The translations under genes were made by a program, and so were the position numbers. A stretch of DNA of 20,718 nucleotides, taken from positions 1 through 20,718 of the forward strand of contig JARKSN010000195.1 in assembly GCA_029974275.1 (NCBI GenBank), in the 5' to 3' direction. Under the pieces are notes generated by a model. It was given only the letters and a program-made list of their open reading frames with translations. It searched no databases and had not been told where the DNA came from. The DNA comes from Candidatus Hydrogenedentota bacterium (GTDB lineage Bacteria > Hydrogenedentota > Hydrogenedentia > Hydrogenedentales > SLHB01). Below, one piece after another: positions 1-5,769 of this stretch (its first letter is position 1; each line of letters starts with the position of its first letter).

Positions 1-171
1 CACCCGGGCATGCAGGTACATCTCGCTGCGCAGCCCCGTAGTGGGATCCCGATACGCCAGCTTCTCCAACAGATGACAACGCTTCTCCAGGTCCGCGCGG
101 GATCGCGATTCTTCCCGAAGACGTTCCTGAAGATCTGCCACGGCTTTCTTCAGATTCTCAGTCTCGTCCAT
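1..171 (-). CDS. N-terminal part of a GGDEF-like (diguanylate cyclase fold) protein with a short N-terminal coiled coil; truncated by the window edge
   Basis: Manual translation from ATG at 171: MDETENLKKAVADLQERLREESRSRADLEKRCHLLEKLAYRDPTTGLRSEMYLHARV, open to base 1. LAYRDPTTGL resembles the LAxxDxLTGL motif that opens GGDEF domains. GGGAG RBS about 10 nt upstream. Not in the ORF track; the GGDEF motif itself lies outside the window. Confidence 0.7.
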   Translation of the reverse strand, partial: MDETENLKKAVADLQERLREESRSRADLEKRCHLLEKLAYRDPTTGLRSEMYLHARV

Positions 172-211
172 GTAGTGTCTACTCCCACGGCTCCAAGCCC
201 TCCTCCATCCT

Positions 212-227
212 CGCAAAAAACGTGCCG
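212..227 (-). promoter_or_regulatory. sigma-54 (RpoN) -24/-12 promoter for the GGDEF-like gene
   Basis: Minus strand reads CGGCACGTTTTTTGCG: GG-N10-GC with GGCACG and TTGC, close to the TGGCACG-N4-TTGC consensus, about 40 nt upstream of ATG 171. Confidence 0.75.
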
Positions 228-534
228 TTCAATCACCCTTCGTAATTGCCTGTGTTTTATAGCATTTTCACAGAAAACATATTCTATTGGCTTTGGTGGA
301 GTTCCCTCTCCGGAAATGCCTTGTAGCAGAGATAGTCACTTTTGACAACTTTTTATGCTTCTTGAGTAGGCATGTTCCCCGCCCGGGCTCGTCTTGATTT
401 CGCGCAACCGGTGCAGTAGCATGGCTTTTGTCAGGAGCACATCGCTTGCGAAAAGCCTGCGCCGCGGCGGATTCGGGATCGTCGCGAAAGATGGGTGCGT
501 GTTTCACAATCCCGTTTTTTCGATATAGATATAC

Positions 535-594
535 ACATATATGTTCAAACGGATATGTACATATGGTTCTTATGTAATGATGCCTTATTATACT
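535..594 (+). promoter_or_regulatory. candidate sigma-70 promoter with upstream palindromic sites for the 629-3759 operon
   Basis: AT-rich island with TATACT at 589-594 (weak -35) and perfect palindromes ACATATATGT (535-544) and ATATGTACATAT (553-564). Confidence 0.35.
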
Positions 595-628
595 CAGGAC
601 AGCCAGCTTCCGGCGGAACAGAGCGCTC

Positions 629-2308
629 ATGAACGATCCAAACTCTAAGGAGTCCCTAGCGCCGCATATTCTCGTCATCGAGGATGATCCGGCGCAGCGG
701 CTGTTTCTGGACAAGGTGTTGGCGATGTCCGGCTGGACGTGCAAAGTCGCCTCGACGTGCGCCGAGGCCCGCATGCTGTTCGCGAAGGACAAATTCGCCT
801 GCGCGCTCGTGGATTTGGGGCTTCCCGACGGAAGCGGGATGGGGTTGTTGCACGAATTTCACGGGGAAGACCCGTGCCTTACTCTCATCGTCCTCACCGG
901 CGACGCCAGCCCAGAGACCATCATCGGCAGCATGCGGAAAGGCGCTTTCGATTATCTCACCAAGCCGGTCGACATTACGTTGCTCACTGCGGCGGTGACG
1001 CGGGCCCTCGCCCATCACACCCTTCTTCGGGAGCGTTCCGAACTGTTGGCGCTGCTCTTGGACGAGCGCGAGAAGCTGCGCGCGCGCGTCGAACTCGCCA
1101 CGGCCGATATCCGGCAATACGCCGCCGCGTGCGAGCTGAGCAACACCCGCCTTCGCGCCTTGCTGAACTTGACCCAGCTTAGCGCCGGCCACTATTCCGA
1201 CCGCACCCTTTTGATGAGCGTGTTCTCCGAACTCTCTCGCCATCTTCCTTTTTGCTGCGTCGCCTTGTGCGATATCACGCGGCAGAAATTCGTGGCGGTG
1301 ACGGGGCGTGAGGACGGAGAGCTGGAGTTTCACAGCGCAGATGGAGTCATGGAAACATCCGGGTTGGATGTAATGCTGACTGACGCCGATCCTGCGTTTC
1401 AGATCCAGTCATGGGTGTCCCGATATACGGGGCTGGACACTCAGGGCATGTCCGTTTTTGTGTATCCTCAGACATTTTGGAATCGATCCATATCCACCAT
1501 CGGCTTTTATCTGCGGCCGGGGTTCGTGGGCGACGAAGTGGAACAGGAATTCCTGGGCATGTGCGCCTATTTTCTTGCCTTCGAGTACGAGCAGGCCCGC
1601 CTCCTGCTTCAGATAGCGCACCAGGCTAGCTTGGGGAATATCGGGGTGGAGCTCGCCCGCAATTTCGTTCCGCCGCTTTCGGCCATTCGCGTCGCCGCGG
1701 ATTTCGTCAGCGAAACAGGACTTTCTTCAGAGGCCAGTCAGGGCGTCGATATTATCCAGCAGAACGTCGAGCGATTGCGGCGGCAAACCCAGGAATTTCG
1801 CAAACTCTCCTCGCTGCGCGAGGACTCCCTCGAAACCGTGCGCCTCGATGAAATCGTCGGGCAGGCGCTCGAGATGCTTTCCGTCACCATCCAAAATCGC
1901 GGCGTCCGCATCGAACAGGCGTTCGAAGCGGACTGTCAATGCGTTCTGCTCAATGGCACGGCGTTGGCCCGCACCATATTGGATTTGATTCTCAATGCCC
2001 TCCGAACTGTCGAGGTGGGCGGCCTCGTCTCAATACGCGTTTTCGAGAGCGATCCGGACCACGTCGCCTTTGAGATTCGACACGCCGGAACCGCAGAAAA
2101 CTACTATTGCAAGGAGGACATGGCCTTTTTTCCCACAGCCCCCGGACCTGCCCATCGTCATCCCGGCCTTCAACTCGCGGAGCGAACGGTCCATAGTTGC
2201 GGCGGCGTCATCAGCGTCTCTCTTGACGATCGGGAACAGTGCCGTTTGTGCGTCCTTCTTCCCCGGAACGCCGCCAATCCCGGGGCCAAGCGGGAGAAAA
2301 TGGCATGA
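629..2308 (+). CDS. REC + GAF-like + degenerate HisKA/HATPase protein (histidine pseudokinase)
   Basis: Intact receiver (ILVIEDD, LVD62LGLPDGSG, LTG, KPVD), then a coiled coil and a GAF-like middle region. The C-terminus is kinase-like but the H-box reads SLGNIGVELAR344NFVPPL, G1 reads IRHAGT and G2 reads HPGLQL; the N-box-like LILNAL is retained. Confidence 0.85.
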   Translation: MNDPNSKESLAPHILVIEDDPAQRLFLDKVLAMSGWTCKVASTCAEARMLFAKDKFACALVDLGLPDGSGMGLLHEFHGEDPCLTLIVLTGDASPETIIGSMRKGAFDYLTKPVDITLLTAAVTRALAHHTLLRERSELLALLLDEREKLRARVELATADIRQYAAACELSNTRLRALLNLTQLSAGHYSDRTLLMSVFSELSRHLPFCCVALCDITRQKFVAVTGREDGELEFHSADGVMETSGLDVMLTDADPAFQIQSWVSRYTGLDTQGMSVFVYPQTFWNRSISTIGFYLRPGFVGDEVEQEFLGMCAYFLAFEYEQARLLLQIAHQASLGNIGVELARNFVPPLSAIRVAADFVSETGLSSEASQGVDIIQQNVERLRRQTQEFRKLSSLREDSLETVRLDEIVGQALEMLSVTIQNRGVRIEQAFEADCQCVLLNGTALARTILDLILNALRTVEVGGLVSIRVFESDPDHVAFEIRHAGTAENYYCKEDMAFFPTAPGPAHRHPGLQLAERTVHSCGGVISVSLDDREQCRLCVLLPRNAANPGAKREKMA

Positions 2309-3759
2309 ATTCTCACGGATTCCATGCTATTCCGCCGGAAGGAAACGCGTCCGAGGAACCCCGCCAGTCGCGCACGGTTCTTGTGCTGGATATGGATCCG
2401 GGCGTTCGCTGGGCCCTTGAAAAAGGATTGACGGCGTCGGGGTATGACGTCCGTTCTGTATCGAACGTGGGCGATGCCCTGCGCGCCGCGCAAACCGACG
2501 ACATTGGCGTCATCATCCTGGAGATGCTGCCCGAGGCAGGATTGACCGTCGATGTTTTGGGGACGTTGCTGGAAACCCCTTGCGCCCCGCGCATCGTATG
2601 CACCTCGATCGATGCCGCCCCGCAGACCGTCGTAGAATGCATTCGTCGCGGCGCCAGTGACTTCGTGCTCAAACCTTTTGGAATGACCGACATCCGGAAC
2701 GCTCTCAAGCGCGTGCTGCAGCCGAGCGAGGATGAACGTTCCTTTCTGCGGACCCAGCGTCCCGCAGCGCTCGATCCGTCGGGATCGTTCTTGATCGGCA
2801 TCAGTCAGTCGATGCAGGAACTTCGTGAAACCATCGCGCAGGTGGCGCAAACCGACCTCAACTGTCTGTTGCGCGGCGAAAGCGGAACGGGAAAGGACAT
2901 GGCCGCGCGTGAGATCCACCGCCTCTCCCGCCGTTCCGACAAGCCATTTGTCAAGGTGAATTGCACGGCCTTGCCGGAACACCTGCTGGAGAGCGAGCTG
3001 TTCGGATACGAGAAGGGGGCATTCACCGGGGCGGCGTCCAGCAAGCCGGGGCGATTCGAGCTGGCGCATCGCGGCGTGATCTTTCTGGACGAGATCGGCG
3101 ACATGCATCCCAATTTGCAAGCCAAGCTCCTGCAGGTGATCGAGCACAAGGAATTCATGAAGCTCGGCGGCAGACGATCGGTTCAGGTGGATGTCCAGAT
3201 CATCGCCGCCACGAACGCCGATCTCGAACAGCGCACTAAAGAAGGCGTTTTTCGGGGCGATCTCTATTTCCGCCTGAACGAACTCAGCATCTGGGTTCCG
3301 CCCCTTTCTTCCCGCAAGGAAGACGTTCCCTTGCTAGTCCGCCATTTCCTGCAAAAACATGGGCGCTTCGGATCGGGGCATCAGTTGGAGGTGACCGGCG
3401 AGGATTTTGCCGCCCTGACCGCTTATCCGTGGCCGGGCAACGTGCGCGAACTGGAAAGCACCATAAAACGCTGGCTTGCCCTGGGCGTCAAACATCCTCC
3501 GGGAACGTCTGGCAATCATGCCCTTTCTCGCGTCCCGGCGGCGGTTCCCGTTCCATCGCCGCCGCCTGCTCCGGCTGCGATGAATGGCATATCTTTTTCG
3601 GCCTCGGAGGATTCGGATGAGGTCGACGAATTGGAACGCATCCTGTCTGTGCTTGAGGAGCATCAATGGAACCGTCGAAAGGCCGCCGAGACTCTTGGAA
3701 TCAGTTATCAGACGCTTCGGCGCCGTATCGAAAAGTACGGTCTGGACAGGCAAGGCTGA
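2305..3759 (+). CDS. sigma-54-dependent NtrC-family enhancer-binding protein with atypical receiver (REC-AAA+-Fis HTH)
   Basis: Walker A GESGTGKD, GAFTGA, Walker B FLDEIGD, FRGDLYFRLN, WPGNVRELE and C-terminal HTH NRRKAAETLGISYQTLRRRI. Start moved to ATG 2305, which gives an ATGA overlap with the upstream stop (484 aa). Confidence 0.92.
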   Translation: MNSHGFHAIPPEGNASEEPRQSRTVLVLDMDPGVRWALEKGLTASGYDVRSVSNVGDALRAAQTDDIGVIILEMLPEAGLTVDVLGTLLETPCAPRIVCTSIDAAPQTVVECIRRGASDFVLKPFGMTDIRNALKRVLQPSEDERSFLRTQRPAALDPSGSFLIGISQSMQELRETIAQVAQTDLNCLLRGESGTGKDMAAREIHRLSRRSDKPFVKVNCTALPEHLLESELFGYEKGAFTGAASSKPGRFELAHRGVIFLDEIGDMHPNLQAKLLQVIEHKEFMKLGGRRSVQVDVQIIAATNADLEQRTKEGVFRGDLYFRLNELSIWVPPLSSRKEDVPLLVRHFLQKHGRFGSGHQLEVTGEDFAALTAYPWPGNVRELESTIKRWLALGVKHPPGTSGNHALSRVPAAVPVPSPPPAPAAMNGISFSASEDSDEVDELERILSVLEEHQWNRRKAAETLGISYQTLRRRIEKYGLDRQG

Positions 3760-3782
3760 GAAGATAAGAGCGTAAAAGCGGC

Positions 3783-5162
3783 CTACAACTCGAACGGTTT
3801 CCCCTCTTCTTGGATCATGACGTTCGTCATGCCTCGGTCCTTCAGGGCGCCTTCTAGGGCTTCAAGGGCCTCGTCTTCTCCATGCACCAAAACCACCTTC
3901 GCCGCGCAGTCCTTGAAGCGGAGGCCGAAATCGATCAGTTCCGAACGTCCCGCATGAGCGCTGAATCCATTCATCACCTTGACCTCCGCATTCAACGGTC
4001 GGTTGATCCCGAATATCTTGATTTCACGAGCCCGCTCGACAATGCGTCTGCCCAAGGTGTTCTTGGCCTGAAACCCCACAATCAAAATGAAATTGTCGGG
4101 ATTGCCCGCATGGTTGCGGAGATGGTGCAAGATGCGCCCCTGTTCGCACATGCCGGACGCCGAGATGATGATGGCAGGCCCCTTGAGAGCATTGAGCCGC
4201 ATCGATTCCTCGACATTCCGGATATACCGAATGTTTTGCAGTTCGAACGGATCGCCGGCTTCCTGCATGAGGCGCTGAATTTCCGCGTCAAAACATTCCG
4301 TATGCTGCCGAAACACCTCGGTAATGTTCGTCGAAAGCGGGCTGTCGACAAAAACCGGGATGGACGGGATGGCCTTGGCGGTTTCAAGGCGTTTCAACGC
4401 ATATACGATTTCCTGGGTGCGTTCGAGCGCAAAACTCGGCACAAGGATTTTGCCGCCTTGAGCGCAGGCGCGCTGCACGATTTCCGCAAGTTTTTGGTCC
4501 ATCTGTTCGATGGGATCGTGATCGCGATTGCCGTACGTGCCCTCCAACAAGACGACATCCGCCTCGCCGGGAACCCAGGGATCATTCAGGATAGGCATGT
4601 TTTTGCGGCCCAAATCGCCGCCGTACAACAGACGACGCCGTGCGCCGTTATCCTGGAATTCGACCATCGCCATCGCCGAACCGAGCACGTGACCTGCGTC
4701 ATGGAGCGTGCATGTCACATCCGGCGCGATCTCGAAGGACTCGCCATAGGGAACGCAGACGAAGCGCTGCATCGCCGTGCGCACATCGTTTTCGTCGTAC
4801 AGCGGAGCCACAAAGGCGCGACTTTTTTTCGAGAGCCACTCCGCATCGCGCTTTTGAATGTGCGCGCTGTCGAGAAGCATCAACGCGCATAGATCGCGCG
4901 TTGCGCAAGTCGAATATATGCGTCCCCGGTATCCCTGCTTCGTCAACATGGGAATCACGCCGCTGTGATCAATGTGCGCATGACTCAGCACGACGACGTC
5001 CAGCCTGTCAGGGGCGAACGGCAAGAAGCGGTTGCGGGTTTCCGCGTCGCGGCGAACGCCCTGAAACATGCCGCAGTCGAAGAGAATGCGATGGCCGTTG
5101 ACTTCCAGCAGGTGTTTGCTTCCGGTGACCGTGCGCGCGGCGCCGTAGGATGTAAGACGCAT
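3783..5162 (-). CDS. MBL-fold beta-CASP family metallo-hydrolase, probable ribonuclease
   Basis: GAARTVTGS start, SHAHIDHSG (HxHxDH), AGHVLGS, GDLG, EGTYG, SGMCEQGRILHHL, FSAHAG and VHGE motifs are all present. Confidence 0.92.
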   Translation of the reverse strand: MRLTSYGAARTVTGSKHLLEVNGHRILFDCGMFQGVRRDAETRNRFLPFAPDRLDVVVLSHAHIDHSGVIPMLTKQGYRGRIYSTCATRDLCALMLLDSAHIQKRDAEWLSKKSRAFVAPLYDENDVRTAMQRFVCVPYGESFEIAPDVTCTLHDAGHVLGSAMAMVEFQDNGARRRLLYGGDLGRKNMPILNDPWVPGEADVVLLEGTYGNRDHDPIEQMDQKLAEIVQRACAQGGKILVPSFALERTQEIVYALKRLETAKAIPSIPVFVDSPLSTNITEVFRQHTECFDAEIQRLMQEAGDPFELQNIRYIRNVEESMRLNALKGPAIIISASGMCEQGRILHHLRNHAGNPDNFILIVGFQAKNTLGRRIVERAREIKIFGINRPLNAEVKVMNGFSAHAGRSELIDFGLRFKDCAAKVVLVHGEDEALEALEGALKDRGMTNVMIQEEGKPFEL

Positions 5163-5731
5163 CAGATGGAAGCTTCCCTCTCGCGAACGTGCGGTGGATG
5201 GGCGCGATGCTCCGCAATGCAGCGCTCAATCAAACGGCGCGGATCATCGTCGTAGATGATCCGCGATCCCGTGTTCTTCTGGATTATCGGCAACACATCG
5301 TCGATATGGTCGGCGACGCCGCCCGTGCCCGTCAACACCCCGATGGGACGGCCCTCGTCGTATGCAATGGCGAATTCACCCAAGGTTCCCGAACGGCCGC
5401 CCACGATGATCACGATGTCGCAGCTTCGCACGCCGATGACCTCACGCCCCATCAAACCGCTTCCCGTATAGATCATCACGTCTATGTGATCCACGGGACT
5501 GCCGTAGCGATGAACGTGCTCGTACTGACTCAACGCCGGCGACACGCCCACCGTCAGTCCGCCGCGCTCCTTGCACCCCATGGTGGCGAAGTGCGGCAGC
5601 CCGGGACATCCGCCCGTCACCAGCGCGCACCCGGCCTCGGCAATCGCCCGGCCCAATTCTTTGCATCGCTCGACGATTTGAGAGGCCATGCCTCCGCCCG
5701 CGGACCCCATCACCCCGATCTGCAACCGCAT
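5162..5731 (-). CDS. LOG/SLOG superfamily nucleotide-binding protein (TIGR00725-like, putative nucleoside-monophosphate phosphoribohydrolase)
   Basis: IGVMGS, LGRAIAEAGCALVTGGCPG and GGRSGTLGE (PGGxGTxxE-like) motifs. ATG 5731 chosen because GAGGA lies upstream. Stop overlaps the downstream start (TGATG). Confidence 0.85.
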   Translation of the reverse strand: MRLQIGVMGSAGGGMASQIVERCKELGRAIAEAGCALVTGGCPGLPHFATMGCKERGGLTVGVSPALSQYEHVHRYGSPVDHIDVMIYTGSGLMGREVIGVRSCDIVIIVGGRSGTLGEFAIAYDEGRPIGVLTGTGGVADHIDDVLPIIQKNTGSRIIYDDDPRRLIERCIAEHRAHPPHVREREASI

Positions 5732-5769
5732 TGTGTTTTCCTCACTCAATAGATGACCACATCTTCATA

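Noticed and set aside
435..450. sigma-54-like GAGCACATCGCTTGCG on the + strand
   Set aside because: The invariant -24 GG is AG, so it is unlikely to be functional.
10..792. ORF-track ORFs 10..345 (+) and 268..792 (-)
   Set aside because: No recognisable motifs; they overlap the better-supported minus-strand gene 1..171, its promoter, and gene 629..2308.
2875..3360. FleQ-like c-di-GMP-binding activator, given the neighbouring GGDEF-like gene
   Set aside because: The FleQ LFRS and ExxxR motifs are not evident (VRHFLQK at the latter position).
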